Source: Nemertoderma westbladi
Taxonomy: Eukaryota > Animalia > Xenacoelomorpha
Assembly (NCBI GenBank): GCA_032718475.1
Contig: JAUCBJ010005691.1
Location: 1-37,160, forward strand
DNA: 37,160 bases
Direction: 5' to 3'
A model generated the notes under the pieces. That model ran no database searches, was not told the DNA's origin, and was given only the letters and a program-made list of their open reading frames with translations. This document shows positions 27,412 to 37,160 of the stretch, one piece after another; positions within the stretch are counted from its first letter, which is position 1, and the number at the start of each line of letters is the position of its first letter. The position numbers and the translations under genes were made by a program.

Positions 27412-29212
27412 GCGGGATGAGGAGAGTATACCCGGGGATTCCCTGCGGGGATGAGGAGAGTATACCCGGGGATTCCCTGCGGGGATGAGGAGAGTATACC
27501 CGGGGATTCCCTGCGGGGATGAGGAGAGTATACCCGGGGATTCCCTGCGGGGATGAGGAGAGTATACCCGGGGATTCCCTGCGGGGATGAGGAGAGTATA
27601 CCCGGGGATTCCCTGCGGGGATGAGGAGAGTATACCCGGGGATTCCCTGCGGGGATGAGGAGAGTATACCCGGGGATTCCCTGCGGGGATGAGGAGAGTA
27701 TACCCGGGGATTCCCTGCGGGGATGAGGAGAGTATACCCGGGGATTCCCTGCGGGGATGAGGAGAGTATACCCGGGGATTCCCTGCGGGGATGAGGAGAG
27801 TATACCCGGGGATTCCCTGCGGGGATGAGGAGAGTATACCCGGGGATTCCCTGCGGGGATGAGGAGAGTATACCCGGGGATTCCCTGCGGGGATGAGGAG
27901 AGTATACCCGGGGATTCCCTGCGGGGATGAGGAGAGTATACCCGGGGATTCCCTGCGGGGATGAGGAGAGTATACCCGGGGATTCCCTGCGGGGATGAGG
28001 AGAGTATACCCGGGGATTCCCTGCGGGGATGAGGAGAGTATACCCGGGGATTCCCTGCGGGGATGAGGAGAGTATACCCGGGGATTCCCTGCGGGGATGA
28101 GGAGAGTATACCCGGGGATTCCCTGCGGGGATGAGGAGAGTATACCCGGGGATTCCCTGCGGGGATGAGGAGAGTATACCCGGGGATTCCCTGCGGGGAT
28201 GAGGAGAGTATACCCGGGGATTCCCTGCGGGGATGAGGAGAGTATACCCGGGGATTCCCTGCGGGGATGAGGAGAGTATACCCGGGGATTCCCTGCGGGG
28301 ATGAGGAGAGTATACCCGGGGATTCCCTGCGGGGATGAGGAGAGTATACCCGGGGATTCCCTGCGGGGATGAGGAGAGTATACCCGGGGATTCCCTGCGG
28401 GGATGAGGAGAGTATACCCGGGGATTCCCTGCGGGGATGAGGAGAGTATACCCGGGGATTCCCTGCGGGGATGAGGAGAGTATACCCGGGGATTCCCTGC
28501 GGGGATGAGGAGAGTATACCCGGGGATTCCCTGCGGGGATGAGGAGAGTATACCCGGGGATTCCCTGCGGGGATGAGGAGAGTATACCCGGGGATTCCCT
28601 GCGGGGATGAGGAGAGTATACCCGGGGATTCCCTGCGGGGATGAGGAGAGTATACCCGGGGATTCCCTGCGGGGATGAGGAGAGTATACCCGGGGATTCC
28701 CTGCGGGGATGAGGAGAGTATACCCGGGGATTCCCTGCGGGGATGAGGAGAGTATACCCGGGGATTCCCTGCGGGGATGAGGAGAGTATACCCGGGGATT
28801 CCCTGCGGGGATGAGGAGAGTATACCCGGGGATTCCCTGCGGGGATGAGGAGAGTATACCCGGGGATTCCCTGCGGGGATGAGGAGAGTATACCCGGGGA
28901 TTCCCTGCGGGGATGAGGAGAGTATACCCGGGGATTCCCTGCGGGGATGAGGAGAGTATACCCGGGGATTCCCTGCGGGGATGAGGAGAGTATACCCGGG
29001 GATTCCCTGCGGGGATGAGGAGAGTATACCCGGGGATTCCCTGCGGGGATGAGGAGAGTATACCCGGGGATTCCCTGCGGGGATGAGGAGAGTATACCCG
29101 GGGATTCCCTGCGGGGATGAGGAGAGTATACCCGGGGATTCCCTGCGGGGATGAGGAGAGTATACCCGGGGATTCCCTGCGGGGATGAGGAGAGTATACC
29201 CGGGGATTCCCT
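27412..29212. repeat. 34-bp GC-rich minisatellite, about 53 essentially identical copies
   Basis: Unit GCGGGGATGAGGAGAGTATACCCGGGGATTCCCT; no internal variants noticed by eye. Confidence 0.98.
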
Positions 29213-30379
29213 ATCTATTCTGAAATAATTATATTTATTTGAAAAATCCGCTTTTTCTCAACAATATTATTAAAAATTAGGGAATTAATCTAAACATTTT
29301 CACAAATTTTCCCTGGAAAATTAGTTAAATAAGTAATAGTTAATAATTTTAGTTATGTAATAGTTTATAATTTTATCAAACTAACTAATATTTCAGCAGT
29401 GCGAAATAAAGTGAAATAATTTTGCCAAAAAACCCATTTTATACTAACACAGCTCAATATATTATAGAAGGCAGTCTCGCCAACACGTTCTAACGCCAAT
29501 GGGACCGTTTATACAATGAGTGACGTAATGTAATTCCCCTTTAAACTCGATCTCCATTGATGTGGAATTTATTTTTCATCTCATTTTAGGGTTAAAATCA
29601 TCAGTTATATTTCGCAAAGTTTCTTCATTAAAGTTCTAGTGAACTGATGATCCTAATTAATCCAATGTTGATACAATCTTTAGGATTTAATTCGGAAATT
29701 AGTTGGAATATAAAGTTGAAGTTTCTCTTCCAAAACAAATTGAATAAGAACTGTCGATGATAAATCTATGAATATATTTAGCTTTTATTTTAATTCATTA
29801 ACAATAATATTTAGTACAACACAACGCAAATGGAGAAACTTTAACCGACATATTGAAAAATATATACCAAATGTCCCACAGAAACCGAAAGTAATGAATA
29901 TCCAAAAAAACAAAACGACACTAAATAAAAAGTAACAACATTAAATCACGGTTATTTCCAGCACAATATATTTTAACAACAATAATTATATTTATATCTC
30001 TATAAAGTAGTACTTTACAACATTACAGTCGAGCGTAGCGAGCAGAAAAACGTAACGAGTGTCGGAAGTGACTTTACTCAGATTGATTACGTTGTTTTAT
30101 TTATAATTTGTCCCATTTCTGTTTTTAGATTTAATTCAATAATTTGCTTGGATGACGTCACAAAAACAGCTACATTGTTAATTTTTTTTATATATTTAAT
30201 GAGATTATGAAATTGAAAACATAAATAGAAAAACATGTGAAACACGACATCCTCCTCCTCACTCACGGGGGGGGGGGGGGGGGGGGGGGGGGGTTATTTT
30301 CGATTTCAATCATTATCAACAGGCGGTTAAACAAGTGTCTCCGTCGATATTTTAATCGGTTACACCGCAGTTATTTTTT

Positions 30380-31619
30380 GGGGAGTAGTACAGGTATTAA
30401 GGGGAGTAGTACAGGTATTAAGGGGAGTAGTTACGAGGTATTAAGGGGAGTAGTACAGGTATTAAGGGGAGTAGTACAGGTATTAAGGGGAGTAGTACAG
30501 GTATTAAGTGGAGTAGTACAGGTATTAAGGGGAGTAGTACAGGTATTAAGGGGAGTAGTACAGGTATTAAGGGGAGTAGTACAGGTATTAAGGGGAGTAG
30601 TACAGGTATTAAGGGGAGTAGTACAGGTATTAAGGGGAGTAGTACAGGTATTAAGTGGAGTAGTACAGGTATTAAGGGGAGTAGTACAGGTATTAAGGGG
30701 AGTAGTACAGGTATTAAGGGGAGTAGTACAGGTATTAAGGGGAGTAGTACAGGTATTAAGGGGAGTAGTACAGGTATTAAGGGGAGTAGTACAGGTATTA
30801 AGGGGAGTAGTACAGGTATTAAGGGGAGTAGTACAGGTATTAAGGGGGAGTAGTACAGGTATTAAGGGGAGTAGTACAGGTATTAAGGGGAGTAGTACAG
30901 ATATTAAGGGGAGTAGTACACGTATTAAGGGGAGTAGTACAGGTATTAAGGGGAGTAGTACAGGTATTAAGGGGAGTAGTACAGGTATTAAGGGGAGTAG
31001 TACAGGTATTAAGGGGAGTAGTACAGGTATTAAGGGGAGTAGTACAGGTATTAAGGGGAGTAGTACAGGTATTAAGGGGAGTAGTACAGGTATTAAGGGG
31101 AGTAGTACAGGTATTAAGGGGAGTAGTACAGGTATTAAGGGGAGTAGTACACGTATTAAGGGGAGTAGTACAGGTATTAAGGGGAGTAGTACACGTATTA
31201 AGGGGAGTAGTACACGTATTAAGGGGAGTAGGACACGTATTAAGGGGAGTAGTACAGGTATTAAGGGGAGTAGTACACGTATTAAGGGGAGTAGTACAGG
31301 TATTAAGGGGAGTAGTACAGGTATTAAGGGGAGTAGTACAGGTATTAAGGGGAGTAGTACAGGTATTAAGGGGAGTAGTACAGGTATTAAGGGGAGTAGT
31401 ACAGGTATTAAGGGGAGTAGTACAGGTATTAAGGGGAGTAGTACAGGTATTAAGGGGAGTAGTACAGGTATTAAGGGGAGTAGTACAGGTATTACGGGGA
31501 GTAGTACACGTATTAAGGGGAGTAGTACAGGTATTATGGGGAGTAGTACAGGTATTAAGGGGAGTAGTACAGGTATTAAGGGGAGTAGTACAGGTATTAA
31601 GGGGAGTAGTACAGGTATT
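30380..31619. repeat. 21-bp minisatellite, about 59 copies, unit = TTAA + terminal inverted repeat
   Basis: Unit TTAAGGGGAGTAGTACAGGTA; inverted match AATGCCTGTACGACTCCCCTTAA at 32588-32610. Confidence 0.97.
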
Positions 31620-32606
31620 TTTTAAATATCAATTACTATTAAGCCTCGGTAAACTTTTAGAACGCGTCACATTACTTTCTAGGCCAACTTTTCTTGCATT
31701 CCAACCGGAATTTAATGGGCTTTCTGGTAAACCAATTGGTATTTTGAAGTTAAATTTTTTTTCAAATATTTAGCTTATTTTTTGAAAAAATGGACCTAAT
31801 TTTCAAAAAGAAATTGCCAAATAATTCGGTGTTTATGCGTACAAAATATAAAAAAACTAATTGGATCACGTTATTCTACGGTAAAAACGCGGTACTCAAA
31901 TGGGAGCTGAGAAACATGTACCGAAAGAATTCTAAAAACTAATTTTTCGAGAAAAATCCAGTTATACTTTGAACCTTCCCGCGCAAAAACTGTCTGTTAT
32001 TATGAAATAATGTCTGTCAATTCAATATATATCTAGCAAAAAGTGACAAAACCATGCTAAGATTCTTGCTATGGCGTTTTCCTGGTCGCTGATTTTATCT
32101 CTGAGGTCAGTGTTCACTTTTAATGAAATCTTGTTTGTCTGTATGTCTGTCTGTCGGGGAAGAAAAAAGGGGATACAATCTAGTTAAAAGTTTAGCTTAT
32201 GGGTTTTCCTGGTCGCAGGATTCATTTCGAGTGTCAGTTTTAACATTTGATGACTTCCAAATTGTCTGTTTGGCAGTCAGTCTGACGGTTATATTTTGAC
32301 GGACAGACTGACAGGCTTACACACAGGAACGACGAGGCCAAATTTGAATATTGACATCAGAAATGAAGTCACCGACTACGAAAACCCATATAGGTAATTT
32401 TTTTAGACAGATAGTTTATGTTTTATTGGCGGACAGACATTCTGACGGACAAATCGACAGTCAATCGGACAGACAGCCATATCTCGAGAAGTAAGACAGA
32501 TCAGATCTTGTCAATCGGTTTTGAAATTTGGAATCTTGATAAAAATCTGCTCTAGATGAAACAGAAAAAAAAATTTGAATAACAATGAATGCCTGTACGA
32601 CTCCCC
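31601..32606. mobile_element. Non-autonomous DNA transposon with TTAA target duplication and GG...CC ends (Kolobok-like)
   Basis: TTAA|GGGGAGTAGTACAGGTATT ... AATGCCTGTACGACTCCCC|TTAA (17/19 TIR match). Internal repeats GTTTTCCTGGTCGC near 32076 and 32203, with an inverted relative near 32365-32390. TTAA with RR..YY ends fits Kolobok rather than piggyBac (CC..GG). Confidence 0.75.
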
Positions 32607-33171
32607 TTAAACGCTTGTAGATAAAGAGAAACCGAAAATTTAAATTCCGTCTTACCCAGTAAGTAGGAGGGAGTGATACTATCTCTGTTGCATGCAATCA
32701 CGGATTGTTAATTAAACTAATACCCGGAACGGTACCAGTACTTTATATATTTACGTATTACACTCGGATCACTGAATGTTATTTACTTTAGGTAACATCT
32801 GAGAGAGAAAGTACTTTGATATCATTTTATGTTACAAATTATGAACTTAATTGATAAAGAGTGATAATAGAGCTATATATACCCGAATGCCATACAATTA
32901 CTCATTATTTTTATTGCAATGACGAAAGAGCGTAGCGAGGATAATATAGAATCAGAGCGTAATATTAATAAAGTAATGTTTCACTTTACCGCGTCTAATA
33001 CTATTTAATATGTTACGAGAATCTCCGAACATTATTAATTAAACTCCCGATAACATCGGATAATCCGAACGGATTCCCGGACGATCGTCAGAATTTAATC
33101 AGCTGTACTATTTATTGTTGTTGTATTAAAACTGAAACTAAATATAGAAATAAAACTCGACGTCATAAGAT

Positions 33172-33621
33172 TCATCGCTTCTTCTTCTTATTTTTCTTTC
33201 CCTGCGGCCCCCCTCCGCCTGCCCCCCCGGCCCCCTCAGTCGGCTTCCCCCCGCCCCCCGCTAGCCGCGTCTTCAGCTTCGGAATGAGCCGACAGCAGGC
33301 CCGCAGCAGCTCGACGCGACTGGGAACCTCCGGGTTCACCGGCGTCCCATCGTCCGTGCGGAACTGGACCCGCACCCGGCCGCGCGCTAACGGCTCCTTG
33401 TCTCGCTCCCGGGGGTACATCTTGTTCTCGACTCCAACGTTAAACCCCAGAGAGAGACATACGTCCTTGATCTCGGACACGGTGGGGTTGTCCACTGCGA
33501 GTGCGGTGGGGACTTTGCGGCCTTCGGCCAGCGTCCGACGGGAGTTCATGTACGCCGGGTAAACGCAGATAAAACGCTCCCGCTGGCTGTGCGAAAACTT
33601 TTTGTAGTAATCCGAGGTCAT
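33172..33621 (-). CDS. SRP19: Signal recognition particle 19 kDa protein, intronless, 149 aa
   Basis: RFICVYPAYMNSRRTLAEGRKVP...NPTVSEI.DVC...KMYPRE...RGRVRVQ...PSR...IPKLKTR plus a Lys-rich tail, all characteristic of SRP19. AATAAA on the minus strand at 33111-33116. Confidence 0.97.
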   Translation of the reverse strand: MTSDYYKKFSHSQRERFICVYPAYMNSRRTLAEGRKVPTALAVDNPTVSEIKDVCLSLGFNVGVENKMYPRERDKEPLARGRVRVQFRTDDGTPVNPEVPSRVELLRACCRLIPKLKTRLAGGGGKPTEGAGGAGGGGPQGKKNKKKKR

Positions 33622-33921
33622 AGCGAATAGTAATAGGTTTATTTGTGTTTATAATAAATAAGTTAGTAGGTAAAATTACGGAATTTATATGGATTCAGTG
33701 GGTTAGCTGGTTGGTTCGGTAAGGTAAAGGTTATTGATACCGGTACCGTTACCGTATACGTGGTCACGTTACTGCGTTACGTATACGTCAGTACGTTGAG
33801 GACAGCTGTATCGCCAGATGCCAGACCGAACCGGTAGCAAGGCAGCAGGGTACCGGTCTGCCGGTTCCTGCGTGGCAGTTACCGCCTCTTACCAGCAACC
33901 AGTGCAGCTACAACAATACCG

Positions 33922-34155
33922 TTATTTAGCACTGGACATGTAACGCATTAACGTGTTGTTTAGTTTCTCGAATTTCTTAAGATCCTGGGCGAAGCCGGTC
34001 CGGTATTTCAAGCAGATGACGTCGTTTGTAATTTTAAGGACGAGCTGACCCTGTTGATGTTGATATTTTACCTGAAAGCGAACGCGAGGCGCTGATTGTA
34101 AGTATAATTTTTCAGCGGATCTTGCAAAATCCTCCCAATTATCAATGTACATCAT
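33922..34155 (-). CDS. SRP9: Signal recognition particle 9 kDa protein, intronless, 77 aa
   Basis: WEDFARSAEKLY...VKYQH..G.L.LKITNDVICLKYRT..AQDLKKFEKLNNTLMRYM matches the SRP9 pattern along its full length. Confidence 0.96.
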   Translation of the reverse strand: MMYIDNWEDFARSAEKLYLQSAPRVRFQVKYQHQQGQLVLKITNDVICLKYRTGFAQDLKKFEKLNNTLMRYMSSAK

Positions 34156-34288
34156 AAGTAAATAGGCCTACACCAGTACCGGTACAGCAGTACACCAAGC
34201 TAAACGTAAAATCAGAAAATGAGAAACACAGAACAGCCAAACAGCTGCTGAGCTGATAGGATGAATGATAGAAGGCTGATAGAAGGTA

Positions 34289-36763
34289 CCATCATCCGGG
34301 GATACTTGAGCCACTTTCAACTTTCCACCTGATATTTTTATCCCTTCCTTCAATTCAATGAAACAAAGATTATGTTTACAAGGCTTATAGAAACCTGTAT
34401 ATTAATTATAATTCGATGTAACCTTAATTTAAATGTAGGTTACATCGATTTTTTTTAAAACCTTTGTGGCTCAAGTTACCCCAATATGGGGGATACTTAT
34501 ACCATTGTGGGGATTCTTGAGCCATCACATAAAAACCGACATAAACACCATCATAATGAGTTATATTGGTCATTTGTGGCTGCAATAACCCCAGTTTGTG
34601 GTTACATGGTCCACTAAAATGTTTTTAAAAAGCGCCCCGGTGTCCACCATGTTGGTGGACAACGGGGCTTGTTTCATTGCACATAATCATATTAAATTAT
34701 AGTCCTATACCGAATATATAACAATAATGATATAATCTCTTGTCATAATATATGACAAGAGTTGGCAATGGAACGGAATAAACAAGTACAGTATTGAAAT
34801 TACATGAAAAGTCACTGGGAATACAACACACCAACAAAATATAGGTAATCTGGATTACTGGATTATCCTATGAAATTGCCATAAAAGTCAGATTATATGT
34901 TTATAACGTAGTTTGAATTAGGATTCGGATTCAATATCATTCAACTCATCCAACATCTTTCATCGTGAGTTCTGGTGATGATGCATATATACGTGGATTC
35001 AGATACATTTGGAATTTCTGAATAAAAACCTTCAAATTCAAATTCAGTGTCGGAACATGCCGTAATGTATACCGCCTGATCTGTTTCTGACCCAGATGTT
35101 GATGTGGATGGTATTCCAGACGGTGTCATTGACATGATGGATGATTCTGAAGATGTTGAATATACAGTATCTCCTTCGTTTTCTAGATGGTTGGGTTTTC
35201 TTCGATGTTGAGCTTTTAGTCGCGTTTGTTACTTTCCCTGCTCGTTTAGTTTTTTTCTCCCTGCTTCTCCAACCTGTCTGTTGGCTACCGGTATGATTGA
35301 CTTTGGTGGATTCTTCTTCTTCCCTTGCGTTTTTTTTCTAGCCTCCACCTCTTTGAGCTGCGCTTCAACATCATCAGCTGATATAGACTGACCTGCCACA
35401 ATATTGACCTTTTTGCTCCGCTTTCTAGTATTAACATCGGCTTCCACCCTCCTCCCAGTAACGTCCTTTAATAATGCAATTAGGGCATCATCGACTTCAG
35501 CCCCAGGCGAAGACGACCCATGGGCTGCTGATGGTAGCATTGATATAATCTTATCCCTCTGAACAGGATAGAGTCCTGTTTTTGCAAATCCAGTCATACA
35601 AGATTTTTATTTTGTGATGATGATGACTGATCCTGTTCAGTCTCCAACACCCCAGCCAACAACCTATGCAATAATGCTGGAAATGTACTCTTCGGTAATG
35701 AATCCACCTTGGGATGTTTCAGTTTAAAATCTTGTAAAACTGAACGCCAACGTTTCTTAAAAGGAGCAAAGAATGCGACATCCAAGGGCTGGAGTTTGTC
35801 AGTGGCATTGGGTGGGAGGCAAATGAATTTGATTTTATTATTTTCACAGCATCTTAGTACATCTAATGACAAATGAGTCGAAAGATTATCACCGATGACA
35901 ACCTTTGTCTTATCTGCACCTTTCTTCTTTATTGCTGGGAGCAAGGTTTGCATGAACCAATCCACAAAACCTTCACCTTCAAACCACCCAGATTTCGAAC
36001 ATGAGTAACGAGTCCCTTGTGGGCCACCAAGGGTCCAACATGAGTATACCGATTTGGCCTTATACACTACATATGGGAAGCCAACAGCTCACAGTGGCTG
36101 AGCCACACATCATTATACTGATACTTGCTTTGGTATGGTTCATAACGCGTTCTGGATATTTCGTCCCCCTCTTCATCAACACCTTTTTTTGACCTGGGTT
36201 ATCAGATAAATTAGTCTCGTCGTAGTTGTAAATACAGTCTGGTGATACCCCTGCAACTTCCTTTTCATATAAGTCAAAGAACTGATTAATTGTATCTGAT
36301 TGTACTTGAGCTCTTTTTCTTTTAATGTTGCCGGCAAATCTAGTGGTTAGACACCGATGGCGCCCTAGGAATGAAGACACATATTCGTGGCTTGGAAGGT
36401 TATCTTTAAACGCTCGAATGACACCACCTTTTTGGTCCAGGATATTTTTTACTAAGATTCGAAGATCAAATCCGTCGATAGGAAAACCCCAATCACACAT
36501 CAACTGAATTATGTCTACCTGTAAAATCTGTATGTTAAATCTGTATCCTCTTGGTCCTTTGTAAGAATTGGGGGTTTTCCTGGTGAATTTGGAAGTTGAT
36601 CTTTCAGAGGGCGGTTCAATGTCGCCCTCGAAATACTAAATGTCCGCGCCGCCTCCCTCTGGCTCATTCCTTTCTGTATAGCGGATAGTGCATTATCCAG
36701 ATTTTCCTTTGTAACATCTAGATACATCCTTGCACCTAAACATCGTTTGTGCGTCCTCGGCAT
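34289..36763 (-). mobile_element. pogo/Tigger-superfamily DNA transposon (DD35D), decayed; one end visible
   Basis: Probable end TA|CCATCATCCGGGGATACTTGAGCCA at 34287-34313, with subterminal copies of the motif near 34467 (inverted), 34488 and 34509. Transposase fragments lie at 35229-36763. The opposite TIR is not seen. Confidence 0.8.
35229..36763 (-). pseudogene. Frameshifted pogo-type transposase (HTH_psq, CENP-B-like HTH, DDE_1)
   Basis: Four ORF pieces: psq-like GMSQREAARTFSISRATL; WGFP...FLGRH; IYNYDET; SGW, GDNLSTH and LPPNATDKLQPLDVAFF (35 residues between the 2nd and 3rd Asp); GFAKTGLYP. Confidence 0.92.
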
Positions 36764-36904
36764 GACTTAGTCAACGTCTGAATGTACAGTATACCATACT
36801 GTTCCATACAGTGTAGTTAACGTTTATAATAGAATATATTTAAAAATTCAAACAGATCAGAAACACAGTCGGGCCTGGCCTACTGTATGACAGTAACAGT
36901 AGAT

Positions 36905-37160
36905 CTATATATATACTACTACTAGGATCGGCATGCTGCATTGCAGCTGCATTTTTAAGAATGCTGTGCCGGCTTGTCGACAAAATTGCGCCGCCACAAT
37001 TCCCTATCACCCATGACATTTGCTAGATCATCCACATCTTCAAGGCCAGTGTCCTTTAAGATGCGTCTCAAGAAAGTCATGGGCTTTCCACCATGCTTAT
37101 TCACTCCATGAGGCTGCCAAAGTACACGATTATGCACTGGGGTCCTCACGGCGTAAGCAA
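36905..37160 (-). mobile_element. 3' end of an RTE-like LINE with microsatellite tail
   Basis: VLWQPHG..KHGGKPMTF...DTG...LANVMGDRELWR is a typical RTE ORF2 C-terminus; followed by a short 3' UTR and a (TAG)n(TA)n tail near 36905-36923. Confidence 0.8.

Noticed and set aside
2995-31619. CRISPR arrays
   Set aside because: All arrays are head-to-tail with no unique spacers; eukaryotic context; no cas genes.
30237-31625. 462-aa ORF (VLRGVVQ / GSSTGIK repeats)
   Set aside because: Stop-free frames of a 21-bp TIR-derived minisatellite; GTG start, poly-G, and a switch of repeat phase mid-ORF.
33622-34290. 7SL/SRP RNA gene next to the SRP protein genes
   Set aside because: No GCCGGGCGCGGT-like 5' Alu domain or helix-8 motif recognised by eye; an Infernal search would be decisive.
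34634-34668. GC-rich hairpin as terminator or Helitron end
   Set aside because: Eukaryotic context, inside the pogo element, and no CTRR end at the expected distance.

Overview
AT-rich eukaryotic (animal, probably invertebrate) genomic DNA, about 60% tandem repeat. From left to right: (1) rearranged RTE-type LINE fragments and a MORN4-like exon on the minus strand, apparently nested in the last intron of a plasma-membrane Ca2+-ATPase (PMCA/ATP2B) whose terminal exon is at 2184-2405 (+); (2) a 39-bp minisatellite; (3) a spliced arylsulfatase B-like gene on the minus strand (four exons visible, N-terminal catalytic exon not found). Its last intron (6412-24356, about 17.9 kb) consists almost entirely of tandem copies of its own 3' splice site plus exon start; (4) two long foldback elements, a homogeneous 34-bp array, and a 21-bp array made of the TTAA+TIR end of a Kolobok-like element; (5) an adjacent, co-oriented, intronless SRP9-SRP19 gene pair 300 bp apart; (6) a frameshifted pogo-family DD35D transposon and an RTE LINE 3' end. 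The most notable items are the splice-acceptor satellite, the SRP9/SRP19 pair, and the pattern of arrays seeded at functional junctions. All family calls are by eye from motifs; no database search was run.
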